DNA of 63,757 bases, counting the filler, from an uncultured bacterium (GTDB lineage: Bacteria; Latescibacterota; UBA2968), in NCBI GenBank assembly GCA_964471275.1. It is 7 parts of 7 records of this genome, joined end to end, with 100 filler letters (N's around TTAATTAATTAA, not from the genome) between each part and the next. Parts side by side here need not be neighbours in the genome. Positions count along the whole stretch, not along the records: positions 1 to 9,651 come from CAYYGZ010000180.1; 6 more parts are not named here. One strand, given 5' to 3'. Shown here one piece after another: positions 1 through 9,751 of this stretch. Position 1 is the first letter of the stretch, and every line of letters starts with the position of its first letter. The notes under the pieces were generated by a model. The model was not told where the DNA came from and made no database searches. It worked only from the letters and a program-made list of their open reading frames with translations. The position numbers and the translations under genes are program-made.

Positions 1-1
1 T

Positions 2-1225
2 TACACCCGGACAGACCAGAACGAGAAGGCGCTGTCGGTTCTCGGAACCTATGTCCGGGAATTCTCAGACGCAGCGGGGGCCGACACCCTGGCTTTCCGG
101 AGAGCCGAATTGCTTGCCCAGCTCGATAGAATCTCTCAAGCGATTGAGGCATTCAGAAATCTCTCGGAAATGTATCAAGAGAGCGGTCTCACTTCCGACG
201 CGCTCGGATCTGTTGCCCGCCTGCAGTTTCAGCAAGGCAACTACAAGGCTGCGCTGGCCGCCGTCACGACCAAGGCCGCTGCCGGTGATCAGATGATTGG
301 CGAACTCAGAATCGTCACACTTCTACGCCTCGATCGGGCAAAACAGGCGCGCAAAGAGATCAAAACATTCAAGAATACGTTTCCTGGCGCAACTGAAGCG
401 CTCGCCCGATTCGAGGTCGAGGGAGCTCGGGTGCAGCTCCGATACGGGAACCCCAAAGGGGCACGAAAGGCATTGGAAGGTGTCATCAAGAAATACGCTG
501 CCACACCTTCCGCGGCGGACGCCGAGTATTATCTTGTCGAAGCACTGAAACAGATAGGCAAACCTGAGGAGCATTTCGGTGCCTTGATCTCGTTTGTAAA
601 GAGCCACAAGGAGAACGTGAACTGGGCAAGAGCCAACCTTGAGCTCGCGGAAATTCACGAGGATGAGGATGATTACGTCAGTGCATCGCGCGCGTATCTC
701 AACGCACTCACCGGGGCGCTCGGAGATGACGAACGCCCAAAGGTTCTCGAGCGTCTGTATGAGTCTCATAGAAACTTGCGGCTTTACGATTCTGCGATAT
801 CCTACGCACGCGACCTCGTCAGGCAATACCCTCATCATCCGCTTGCTCAAAGTGCCCGGATCCGGATCGGCGAGATCTACAGTGAGAAGGGCGATTTCCG
901 CCAGGCGATCCACAAATTGCGGCCGCTGCTCGCAAAGCTGAAAGACGACCCCTGGTCGAGTGCGCAGCTGGTCATCGCGAAATCACATCAGAGCCTCGGA
1001 GAATACGAGAGCGCGCTGAGGGAATTTCTCAAAATGATCTACAATCCACAGGGCAGTGTGAACTGGCTGGCGAATGCTTTCTACGGTCGCGGGCAGTGTT
1101 TCCGGTCGATGGGAAGGACACAGGAGGCCATCACAGAATTTAGCAAGATCTCCGCGAGGTTTCCCGGGACACCCTTTGCTCAACAGGCAGATCAGATCGT
1201 AAACGAATTGAGATCGCAATTATGA
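2..1225 (+). CDS. Tetratricopeptide-repeat protein (BamD/CpoB-like repeats), 5' partial
   Basis: Frame is open from base 2; repeated TPR-like helices (YAATPSAADAEYYL, YPHHPLAQSARIRIGEIY, FPGTPFAQQA). Confidence 0.8.
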   Translation, partial: YTRTDQNEKALSVLGTYVREFSDAAGADTLAFRRAELLAQLDRISQAIEAFRNLSEMYQESGLTSDALGSVARLQFQQGNYKAALAAVTTKAAAGDQMIGELRIVTLLRLDRAKQARKEIKTFKNTFPGATEALARFEVEGARVQLRYGNPKGARKALEGVIKKYAATPSAADAEYYLVEALKQIGKPEEHFGALISFVKSHKENVNWARANLELAEIHEDEDDYVSASRAYLNALTGALGDDERPKVLERLYESHRNLRLYDSAISYARDLVRQYPHHPLAQSARIRIGEIYSEKGDFRQAIHKLRPLLAKLKDDPWSSAQLVIAKSHQSLGEYESALREFLKMIYNPQGSVNWLANAFYGRGQCFRSMGRTQEAITEFSKISARFPGTPFAQQADQIVNELRSQL

Positions 1226-1278
1226 TCGCCGATCGCGGGACGGTTCGGGCACTCACGCACTCAGGGAGGAGCGGGGCT

Positions 1279-1962
1279 ATGCATAGTGAACTCCTCAAAC
1301 GCGTACCACTTTTTGAGGGACTCTCGGACGATGAGCTAAATGCGTTGTCCGAAGTCGCGATGTTGCGCGTCTTTCCAAAAGACCGTGTGGTCATCATGGC
1401 AGAGGAGGAGGGTGACAGCCTGTTCGTCATTCACCAGGGCCAGGTGAAGGTTAGCATCGTGAGCGAAGACGGGCGCGAGGTCATCCTGTCGATACTGGGC
1501 GAGGGAAATTTCTTCGGCGAAATGTCGCTGCTAGACGGTCATCCACGATCCGCGAACGTGACGACGACGCAGGAGACAGAACTCCTCATGGTCCGCCGTG
1601 CGGATTTTCTGCACTTTATCCAGAAATCACCGCGGACAGCGATCAAGCTTCTGGGCATTCTGGCAAGCCGCCTCCGCAAGACCGATCGTAAGATTGAAGG
1701 CCTGGCGCTATCTGACGTCACCGGCCGCATCACGCAGACGCTTCTACAGTTGGCCGAGGAGCAGGGCGAGCCCACACCGGACGGGGTCCTGATCAAGGAT
1801 CGTCCCACGCATCAGGATTTGGCGAACATGTCCGGGACGACCCGAGAGACAGCATCGCGAATTCTCAAACGCCTCGAGAACCAGGGCTACATCATGCCCA
1901 AGGGCAAGGATCTCTTGATTGTTGGAACAGAGGCACAGCAGGGAGATGATTTTGAGGAATGA
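1279..1962 (+). CDS. Crp/Fnr family transcriptional regulator
   Basis: cNMP-binding domain (FFGEMSLLDGHPRSANV) plus Crp HTH (THQDLANMSGTTRETASRIL); GGAGG RBS before ATG 1279. Confidence 0.93.
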   Translation: MHSELLKRVPLFEGLSDDELNALSEVAMLRVFPKDRVVIMAEEEGDSLFVIHQGQVKVSIVSEDGREVILSILGEGNFFGEMSLLDGHPRSANVTTTQETELLMVRRADFLHFIQKSPRTAIKLLGILASRLRKTDRKIEGLALSDVTGRITQTLLQLAEEQGEPTPDGVLIKDRPTHQDLANMSGTTRETASRILKRLENQGYIMPKGKDLLIVGTEAQQGDDFEE

Positions 1963-3494
1963 GTGACGGAGTCAAAATCCCGACAGAGGCTTTGGCCATT
2001 CTTTCGGACCCTGATCTGTCACGGGACGTCAGGACGATACTCGAAGAATTGGGCTGGCGCACAATCGTATCCAATACCGTTGGGCCTGCCCGCAAACTAC
2101 TCGAACAAAACAGATTCGGAATCGTGCTGCTGGATGCGCCGATCCTCGCGGAAGCGGATGATCCGATTGGTGAGACAGTCAGTGTCGCACCTGACCCGCC
2201 CGGCGTCATCATCTTCGGATCACCTGCCGATCCGCCCGCAATCCGGAACATCACACCGGACGTCTACGTAGCCCTGCCGCTGAATCGCGGGGAACTCGAA
2301 ACGGCCACTCGACGCCTTAGTCAGCGAAATCCGAGATCAGGGAATGAGATTCTGGGTCACTCACCAGCGATCCAGCAGATCCGACAGACGGTCGAGCAGA
2401 TCGCGCCGACACCCGTCAACGTACTCATCACAGGAGAAAGCGGTACGGGCAAGAGCCTTATCGCGCACGCCATACACGATCGTAGCGCACGGTCGACACA
2501 CCCCTTGCTTACACTGAATTGCGGGTCACTCCCGGAGACGCTCCTCGAGAGCGAGCTCTTCGGCCACGAAAAGGGAGCCTTTACCGATGCCAGTTCCCAG
2601 AGACGTGGGCTGTTTGAGACGGCAGAGGGAGGCACGGTCTTCCTTGATGAAATTGGCGAAATGTCGCTATCGGCCCAGGTCAGGCTGCTCCACGTCCTCG
2701 AACAACGCGAGATCACACGACTTGGAAGCAATCACCCGATTCCCGTCAACGTCCGTGTCATCGCGGCGACAAATCGGAATCTCCAGATGGCCGTCTCCCA
2801 GGGAACCTTCCGTCGGGACCTCTACTATCGTCTGCGTGTCGTGGAGATTGAGGCACCATCGCTGAGAACAATCCCTCAGGACATTCCGCTCTTTGCCGCC
2901 AACTTCATCGAAGGAATCAGCAAGGAGCACGACGTTCCACCGATCGAACTCGATTCGGGTGCGCTCTCTATTCTCCGATCCTACGCGTGGCCCGGCAACA
3001 TCCGCGAATTGCGCAACCTGATCGAACGTCTCATGGTTCTGTCTGTCGACCGAGCGGTCACCGCACACGTCCTGGCAACCTACCTCGAAGACTTTGATGC
3101 CAACGGGATGAACGATGCGCAGGCGCTTCCCGTCCACCTTGGCAAGACACCTGAGGAGTCGTCGCGCGACCTCCTCTACTGGGCGATCCTGGAGGTCGCC
3201 CGTGATGTCAAAGAGCTCAAATCTTACCTGATTGAAGAGGGTAACTCACAGACATCCGTTCAGCGTTTACCGCTCTATCCGCCCGGCGAAACACCGATTG
3301 AGCAGGGTACCGAGGTCGAATTCTCTGAAACCGGATCCGTTGTCCCAAACCCAATCAAGACGATGGATGAGATCGAAAGAGACGCGATCCTCAATGCGCT
3401 CCAGGCAACGGGCGGCCATCGGAAACAAGCCGCGCGATTACTGGATATGGCTGAACGCACGCTCTATCGCAAGATCCGGCAGTACGGCTTGTAG
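1959..3494 (+). CDS. Sigma-54-dependent Fis-family enhancer-binding protein with degenerate N-terminal receiver-like domain
   Basis: Walker A GESGTGKS, ESELFGHEKGAFTDA, FLDEIGE, FRRDLYYRL, WPGNIRELRN; C-terminal Fis HTH (AARLLDMAERTLYRKI). Confidence 0.92.
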   Translation: MSDGVKIPTEALAILSDPDLSRDVRTILEELGWRTIVSNTVGPARKLLEQNRFGIVLLDAPILAEADDPIGETVSVAPDPPGVIIFGSPADPPAIRNITPDVYVALPLNRGELETATRRLSQRNPRSGNEILGHSPAIQQIRQTVEQIAPTPVNVLITGESGTGKSLIAHAIHDRSARSTHPLLTLNCGSLPETLLESELFGHEKGAFTDASSQRRGLFETAEGGTVFLDEIGEMSLSAQVRLLHVLEQREITRLGSNHPIPVNVRVIAATNRNLQMAVSQGTFRRDLYYRLRVVEIEAPSLRTIPQDIPLFAANFIEGISKEHDVPPIELDSGALSILRSYAWPGNIRELRNLIERLMVLSVDRAVTAHVLATYLEDFDANGMNDAQALPVHLGKTPEESSRDLLYWAILEVARDVKELKSYLIEEGNSQTSVQRLPLYPPGETPIEQGTEVEFSETGSVVPNPIKTMDEIERDAILNALQATGGHRKQAARLLDMAERTLYRKIRQYGL

Positions 3495-3517
3495 TCGCTG
3501 GCTGGTCTCTCTTTTCG

Positions 3518-3545
3518 GGAACCTTTTCCGTCACTGTCGGTCATA
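3518..3545 (+). promoter_or_regulatory. Putative ECF (sigmaE-type) promoter for degP
   Basis: GGAAC(3518-3522)-N17-GTC(3540-3542) about 80 nt upstream of degP, a classic ECF target. Confidence 0.5.
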
Positions 3546-3622
3546 ATCGGCGAACCCCTGAAGGTGGGTGAAGGCAGTTTGGGTCGATTTCCGAGCTTTG
3601 AATCGTGTGCAACCAGGAGTAA

Positions 3623-5077
3623 ATGATAATGAACCGCAGGACTGTTATTTCTACAATTGCATTGGCCGTGATGTTTGGCATCGCTCCAGACGCGAGTGCG
3701 TTGACGGATGACCAGGCAATCGAGCAGCTTAAGGCTTACAACCAGGCATACACAGCCATCGCCGCACGGGTAACAAGGAGTGTTGTCACAATAACGACCA
3801 AGCGCGTGGAAGAGCCGAACAAGCGCGGGCGCCGAATGCCCGATTTCTTCCACCAGTTCCAGCTTCCGCAGCCAGAGGAACGTGAGAGTTCTGGTCTGGG
3901 CTCAGGAATCATCATGAACACCAGCGGCTATGTACTCACGAACAACCACGTAATCGAGAATGCAGACAAGATCACGGTGACCATGAGCGACAACCGTGAG
4001 TATCCAGCAGAGCTCGTCGGCCGGGACGAGTTGACTGACGTGGCAGTCGTTCGGATCGATGCTGAGAATTTACGTGCCATACCGATCGGTAACTCTGACG
4101 ACGTTCGCATAGGCGAGTGGGTACTCGCCGTCGGCGCGCCTCTGGATCTTCGGACAACGGTCACCTCCGGAATCGTAAGCGCCATCGGTCGCAGTCTGGA
4201 CATCATCAGGAACGAGCTGTCTGTCGAGGATTTCATCCAGGTCGATGCGGCGATTAACCCGGGCAATTCGGGCGGAGCCCTCGTCAACCTTGATGGAGAA
4301 TTGATCGGCGTCAACACGGCCATCGCGACACGGAACCGTGGCTTTGTCGGCTATGGGTTCGCGATACCTATTGATCTCGCAAAGAAAGTGATGGACGACA
4401 TCATCGCTCACGGCGAGGTTCGACGCGCTTACCTCGGAGTGGGACTCAAAACCGTCTCTGCTGCCGAAGCGGATGCTTTCGGGCTGGACAGACCCAGAGG
4501 CGTGTTGATCGATCTCGTGATGGACGGAACACCCGCGGACAAGGCAGATTTCAAACGTGGCGATATCGTTCTGAAGGTGAACGGCGAAGAGGTCGACCGA
4601 CCAAACCACCTGCAGAGCATCATCGCGCGGAAACACCCCGGCGACGTCGCAGAATTCTCCATCCGCCGGAAGGATCGGGATCTCACCCTCAAGGCGAAAC
4701 TGGGTTCGATACCCAAAGATGATGAGGAAATAGTCGCGGCGGGCTCGGACTCCGCATCCAAGACGGAACGCCTCGGTTTGACCGTGAGTGATCTGACGTC
4801 GGAAGTGATGGAAGCATTCGGTCTGTCCGAGGAAACGAAGGGCGTCGTGGTAACACGGGTCTCACGGGGCCCGGGACGATCGGCAGGCTTTGCGCGAGGC
4901 GACGTCATATTCGCTGTTCGGCAACGGGGTCTGGATGTCACCATAGAAAGCGTGAAGGACTTTGAATCCGTAATGGCAGAGCTTCAGTCGGGCAGGTCTG
5001 CAGCATTCTCGGTCATCAGGCAAAGCCGTTCCGGCGAAGAGCGTTACCTCTTCCTCACGCCGCGAATACCGAGCTGA
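3623..5077 (+). CDS. degP: Do/DegP/DegQ family periplasmic serine endoprotease with two PDZ domains
   Basis: Signal peptide; LTNNHV, TDVAV, AAINPGNSGGAL catalytic motifs; two PDZ domains; AGGAG RBS. Confidence 0.93.
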   Translation: MIMNRRTVISTIALAVMFGIAPDASALTDDQAIEQLKAYNQAYTAIAARVTRSVVTITTKRVEEPNKRGRRMPDFFHQFQLPQPEERESSGLGSGIIMNTSGYVLTNNHVIENADKITVTMSDNREYPAELVGRDELTDVAVVRIDAENLRAIPIGNSDDVRIGEWVLAVGAPLDLRTTVTSGIVSAIGRSLDIIRNELSVEDFIQVDAAINPGNSGGALVNLDGELIGVNTAIATRNRGFVGYGFAIPIDLAKKVMDDIIAHGEVRRAYLGVGLKTVSAAEADAFGLDRPRGVLIDLVMDGTPADKADFKRGDIVLKVNGEEVDRPNHLQSIIARKHPGDVAEFSIRRKDRDLTLKAKLGSIPKDDEEIVAAGSDSASKTERLGLTVSDLTSEVMEAFGLSEETKGVVVTRVSRGPGRSAGFARGDVIFAVRQRGLDVTIESVKDFESVMAELQSGRSAAFSVIRQSRSGEERYLFLTPRIPS

Positions 5078-5100
5078 TGCTCCAGCAGCAGTGCAGACCG

Positions 5101-5140
5101 AACAGCCCCCGTCCTCGTTGGAGAGCGGGGGCTGTTCTTA
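5101..5140. terminator. Likely bidirectional intrinsic terminator between degP and xerD
   Basis: 11-bp inverted repeat AACAGCCCCCG / CGGGGGCTGTT between convergent genes. Confidence 0.7.
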
Positions 5141-5160
5141 TATACAGCCACGGCGTGGCT

Positions 5161-6096
5161 CTAGGCGCGCGGATGAAAGGTTCTGTGTACCTCCTTCAGA
5201 TACTCACGATCGATGTGGGTGTAGATCTGCGTCGTAGATATGTCTGCGTGACCGAGCATTTCTTGCACCGCTCGAAGATCGGCTCCGCCCTCGAGCAGAT
5301 GCGTCGCAAAGGAGTGGCGCATGGTATGCGGACTGACGGCCTTCCCGATCCCAGCGGCGAGCACATGCTTTCGTAGCACCTTGTACACACCCATCCGGGA
5401 CAGACGACCGCCTCTGAAATTCAGAAAAGTGTTCGAGGGAGAGTCGGGGCGCGCGATTTCCGGTCTCGCCACTGTCAGGTAGCGTCGGACCCACGATTGG
5501 GCTTGCTTCCCAACCGGCACCAGCCTTTCCTTGCTTCCCTTCCCAAACACCCGGACCACCCCGATATCGAAGAGCAGCCGTCCAGTCTGCAGATCGACTG
5601 CCTCCGACACACGCAGTCCCACGCCATACATCATCTCCAGAAGCGCTCGATCTCGCAGACCAAGATCTGTCTCCCGATTGGGTTGATCCAACAGGGCGCT
5701 CATCTCCTCGACCGTCAGCACTTCAGGAAGCTTCCGGCCGATCTTTGGCGGTCGCTGATTCTCAGTCGGATTGTCGTCCACGATGCCTTCGGTCACGAGA
5801 AACGCGTGGAACACCCGAACGGCGGTTAAGCTGCGAGCAACACTCGATGGCGCCAGACCGATGTCATCGAGGGTGCGCACAAATTCCGACACGTCCTTCG
5901 CCCGGATCGCCTCAACGGTTGTGATGCCACGATCAATGACAATGCCAAGATAACGCACAAGATCGCGCTCATAGGCCTCGATGGAGTTGTCAGAGAGGCC
6001 TTTCTCCAGACGCACGTGATCCAGGAACCGACGAAGTGGATCGGACAGGAACTCGGGAATCGTCTCTCGTAGGATTGTCTGCTGCGGATCGGGCAA
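5161..6096 (-). CDS. xerD: Site-specific tyrosine recombinase XerD
   Basis: GLRVSE, GKGSKERLVP, SPHTMRHSFATHLLEGGADLRAVQEMLGHADISTTQIYTH, C-terminal HPRA. Confidence 0.93.
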   Translation of the reverse strand: MPDPQQTILRETIPEFLSDPLRRFLDHVRLEKGLSDNSIEAYERDLVRYLGIVIDRGITTVEAIRAKDVSEFVRTLDDIGLAPSSVARSLTAVRVFHAFLVTEGIVDDNPTENQRPPKIGRKLPEVLTVEEMSALLDQPNRETDLGLRDRALLEMMYGVGLRVSEAVDLQTGRLLFDIGVVRVFGKGSKERLVPVGKQAQSWVRRYLTVARPEIARPDSPSNTFLNFRGGRLSRMGVYKVLRKHVLAAGIGKAVSPHTMRHSFATHLLEGGADLRAVQEMLGHADISTTQIYTHIDREYLKEVHRTFHPRA

Positions 6097-6107
6097 CCAT
6101 CAACCTC

Positions 6108-6602
6108 TCAGAGGGCGAGCACAATTTGTGGCATCTCCATACCCAGCAGGGCGCGTTTCCAAGGCAAACCGCCGCCGAAACCTGTCAGGTCACCGGATGC
6201 CGAAACGATCCTGTGACAGGGAACAATCAGTGGAAGCGGGTTCTGATTGAGCGCGGCCCCGACCGCACGAGAAGCGGACGGATCCATCCCGATTCGCTCA
6301 GCAACCTCACCGTAGCTGGCTGTCCTGCCATAGGGGATGTCCAGTGTAGCCTCCCAGACCTTCATCTGGAACGACGATCCGTCCGGCACACATCTCAGCG
6401 GAGAGAGCGCCTCGGTTTCTCCCCTGAAATAGGCGAGCAAACACGCAACATCATACTCCGCATGCTCGGGCACGCGATCCACAGCGACCACCTCCCCTTC
6501 AAACGGAACATAGGAGCCAAACACGATCTTATTAAGTGTCTCGTCCTCCCACCTGGCCCGTAATTCACCGAAAGGGCTCTTGATGATAATCGTGTCACTC
6601 AC
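6108..6602 (-). CDS. ogt: Methylated-DNA--protein-cysteine S-methyltransferase
   Basis: FQMKVW, IPYGRTASY, RAVGAA, NPLPLIVPCHR; GTG start overlaps the uvrC end. Confidence 0.92.
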   Translation of the reverse strand: MSDTIIIKSPFGELRARWEDETLNKIVFGSYVPFEGEVVAVDRVPEHAEYDVACLLAYFRGETEALSPLRCVPDGSSFQMKVWEATLDIPYGRTASYGEVAERIGMDPSASRAVGAALNQNPLPLIVPCHRIVSASGDLTGFGGGLPWKRALLGMEMPQIVLAL

Positions 6603-8475
6603 TCGGTGCTCCCTCCAGCGCGCCCACAATCTGCTCGGCCAGTTTCGGTCCCACCCCGTCGACTTCCTTCACATCAGCCAGTGAGGCATCCCTCAATCGC
6701 TTCATCGAACCAAAGTGTCGCAACAGCTGCTTGCGTCGCGCCGGACCGACACCCTCGATATCTTCCAGAACTGAATGCAGGGCCCTCTTCTTCCTGACTT
6801 GTCGATGGAATGTGACGGCAAAGCGATGCGACTCGTCCCTAAGAGCCTGGAGCAGTTTCAGCGAGCTCGATACCTTCGGAATATTCTGTGGCTCTGAATG
6901 TCCCGGGATGAACACTTCCTCCAGTCGCTTCGCCAGCCCGATAACCGGCTGGTCTTCGATACCCAGAGACCGAAGCGCGCTCACGGCGCTCGAGAGTTGA
7001 CCCTTGCCGCCATCGATCAGAAGCAGATCCGGAAAAGGTTCGTTCTCTTCCTGTAGACGTCGGAACCGACGTGTCACGACCTGATGCATCATCGCAAAAT
7101 CGTTCGGGCCCTCGATACCTCTGATCTTGTAGTGGCGGTAATTCTTCTTCGAAGGTCGCCCATCCACAAAACAGACGACCGAGGCCACGGGATCACGACC
7201 CTGAATGTTTGAGATATCCATCGCCTCGACGCGACGGGGCGGCTCATCCAGACTCAGGTCGCGCTGAAGTGACGACACAGACGCGGGTACCTGGTGCTTC
7301 CTGTTCTCTCGCTTGAGCCGACGTTCAGACAAAAGAAGACCGGCGTTGCCTGCTGCCATCTTCATCAACTGCGCTTTGTCCCCTCTCTGGGGAACTCTGA
7401 TCGTCACCCCGGCACCTGCCCGCTTGCCCAGCCACTCAATGATCGTCTCCTCGTCGTCCACGTCGCCGGTGACATAGATATCATGCGGCACGAACGAGGC
7501 TGTTAGATAGAACAGGCGGAGAAACGAAGACCTGACCTCGGACTCCGGCGCATCGAGAACACCACCGACGAAATAGTGTTGCCGCCCGATGAGCCGCCCT
7601 TCCCGAACCTCCATCACAACACCGCACGCCTCTTCATCCTCGCGCGCTATAGCGATCAGGTCCCAATCAGACTGATCCTGTGACATCACCTTCTGGCGAT
7701 TCGTAACCTTTTCGAGTGCATCCAAACGATCGCGAAAGATGGCCGCCTCCTCGAATCGCAACTCTTCGGACGCGCGCACCATCTCTTCTCGCGTGATCTT
7801 CGCGACCTGGGATCGTCTGCCCGTAAGAAACAACACGGCTTCGTCGATTAGCTTCTTGTAATTCTGTGTGCTGATCAGATCTTCGCAGGGACCGTCGCAT
7901 CGCCCGATCTCGTAGTCGATGCAAAGGCGGACGTTCTTGTTTGGTAACGCGTGATCACAGCTCCGCACACGGAACAGCTTGTGCATCAGGTTCAGCATGT
8001 TCCGCATGGCCTTCACATTTGTGTAGGGACCGAGATACCGTCCGCCGTCCTTCTCAACATCTCGCGTCACGATGATTCTCGGAAAGCGTTCAGACGTAAC
8101 TTTGATGTAGGGATACTTCTTATCGTCCTTCAACGTGATATTGTAGCGAGGCTTATGTTCCTTGACCAGATTCGCTTCCAGGATCAACGCTTCTCGATCC
8201 GAATCCGTGACGATATACTCGACCTCACGTACATTCGATACCAATGCCATGAACTGTCCGCGACCATCGAACGCGCGGGGTGTGAAATAGGACCGGACGC
8301 GACTGCGAAGTGACTTGGCCTTACCGATGTAGATAATCTTGCCGCCGGCGTCGCGCATGAGATAGACACCGGGCGCTCGGGGAAGATGATCGAGTGCCTC
8401 TCTCAGCGCCGTCTGGGCTTGACGTCGATCGACTTTGAAGATGGACGATATGTGACCTGGCGATAGACTGTCCAA
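6595..8475 (-). CDS. uvrC: Excinuclease ABC subunit C
   Basis: GIY-YIG (PGVYLM...IYIGKAKSLRSRVRSYF), UVR domain, RNase H-like domain (DISN, DGGKGQL, RDESHRFA), C-terminal HhH. Confidence 0.97.
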   Translation of the reverse strand: MDSLSPGHISSIFKVDRRQAQTALREALDHLPRAPGVYLMRDAGGKIIYIGKAKSLRSRVRSYFTPRAFDGRGQFMALVSNVREVEYIVTDSDREALILEANLVKEHKPRYNITLKDDKKYPYIKVTSERFPRIIVTRDVEKDGGRYLGPYTNVKAMRNMLNLMHKLFRVRSCDHALPNKNVRLCIDYEIGRCDGPCEDLISTQNYKKLIDEAVLFLTGRRSQVAKITREEMVRASEELRFEEAAIFRDRLDALEKVTNRQKVMSQDQSDWDLIAIAREDEEACGVVMEVREGRLIGRQHYFVGGVLDAPESEVRSSFLRLFYLTASFVPHDIYVTGDVDDEETIIEWLGKRAGAGVTIRVPQRGDKAQLMKMAAGNAGLLLSERRLKRENRKHQVPASVSSLQRDLSLDEPPRRVEAMDISNIQGRDPVASVVCFVDGRPSKKNYRHYKIRGIEGPNDFAMMHQVVTRRFRRLQEENEPFPDLLLIDGGKGQLSSAVSALRSLGIEDQPVIGLAKRLEEVFIPGHSEPQNIPKVSSSLKLLQALRDESHRFAVTFHRQVRKKRALHSVLEDIEGVGPARRKQLLRHFGSMKRLRDASLADVKEVDGVGPKLAEQIVGALEGAPSE

Positions 8476-8871
8476 GTACCGTTCTCACGTTTCTTTTGAG
8501 GGGGGTTCGTATGAGAGCTGAAATTGCCGGTTGCCGGTCACGGCGACCGAGTAATAGGTGCGACCCGATGAAGGGGAGGATTCTTGGGACTCCCGGGAAT
8601 CGGACCAGACGGCTGCCGTATCGAGAACCAGAAACCAGCGACCCCACCGTTCGAATCAATGCGGTGCTCGAAGACCCCTCAGAGCACGGGACTCGTAGGC
8701 CGGAATCCGTATCCTTTCGTTGGTAAACGCTGATATTCGATCGTCGAATGCACCCGATGCCGCGTAGGACGAGAGACATCTCACACGGGGCAGTCTTTGT
8801 CCGCCTGACTTGCATTCTACGTTCACGCCTGCGTTTGTGCCGCAGACGGACACTGAGCCTGCTCAGGAGTC

Positions 8872-9372
8872 TCACACCTCGAGATCGACCACCTCGACCG
8901 ACATCCTCGACAGGTCAAGGAGCACAACTGTCGATCTTCCTGTTGTCCACCCACCGGTTTCGCCCGGATTGACGACAATCGTGCCACCCTCTCAAATATC
9001 TATTTCGTGGGTGTGACCGTAGACAATCACGTCATAGTGTCCACTTGCGACCAGCGCATCGACCTCGTCCGGCTCGTGGAGAAGCAGGAAACGCTTTCTC
9101 TGGTGCTCGAACGGGTGCGGCGCCCGATGTATGTCCCCCAACGGGGAAAAACGTACCTGGAGCCCAAACTTTTCACCATCGTTGTTCCCGAACACACCGA
9201 TCATCGGTATGCCGATTTCAGCCATCCACGCTGCGTTGAACAGTGCGATGTAATCCCCGGCGTGGAGAAGTAGCCCGATCTGTCGATCTCTAAATAGGCG
9301 GACCGCGGCGAGAACGCCGTGTTTGTTGTCGTGGCTGTCCGCCATGATACCGACTAGACTCGTATTTGGCAT
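8872..9372 (-). pseudogene. YfcE/MJ0936-type metallophosphoesterase interrupted by one in-frame TGA (8992-8994)
   Basis: DSHDN, HAGD, GNND, HEP, GHTH motifs; after the TGA the same frame continues EGGTIVVNPGETGGWTTGRSTVVLLDL...EV* to 8872. Confidence 0.8.
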
Positions 9373-9531
9373 AAGTATCTGTTATTATTAAAGTTTAATG
9401 TCTCGACAAGCCTTTTGGAAAGATTCTGACCCAAATACGTTCGTATGTGTCTTGGGACACATATCGGTCGGGCCTAGAATGCACATCTTACGCAGTCTTC
9501 TCGGGCCGTGCGTGCCCTGGCGCCCCAGAAA

Positions 9532-9560
9532 AACTTAGTCTGACGCCATGAGGTTGTCAA
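9532..9560 (-). promoter_or_regulatory. Sigma70-type promoter for the phosphoesterase-uvrC-ogt-xerD direction
   Basis: TTGACA-17-TAAGTT on the minus strand. Confidence 0.45.
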
Positions 9561-9589
9561 CCGGGCACGGGTGCGCCCGGTTTATGTGT

Positions 9590-9618
9590 TTGACAAACAA
9601 ATTTCATTAATGTACCAT
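9590..9618 (+). promoter_or_regulatory. Sigma70-type promoter for a gene lost at the contig end
   Basis: TTGACA-17-TACCAT in an AT-rich stretch. Confidence 0.55.
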
Positions 9619-9651
9619 TTCCGATTATAGCGTAAGCTCCATAAAATTGGG

Positions 9652-9751
9652 NNNNNNNNNNNNNNNNNNNNNNNNNNNNNNNNNNNNNNNNNNNNTTAAT
9701 TAATTAANNNNNNNNNNNNNNNNNNNNNNNNNNNNNNNNNNNNNNNNNNNN
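9652..9751. other. Artificial contig linker
   Basis: 44 N + TTAATTAATTAA (stops in all frames) + 44 N. Confidence 0.99.

Noticed and set aside
5161..6096. Tyrosine recombinase as a prophage or integron integrase
   Set aside because: It has typical chromosomal XerD motifs in a housekeeping context, with no att or attC sites or phage genes.
8476..8871. About 400-bp gap before uvrC as a possible ncRNA, SOS box or 184-aa ORF
   Set aside because: Only short hairpins; no recognisable RNA family, LexA box or protein-like composition.
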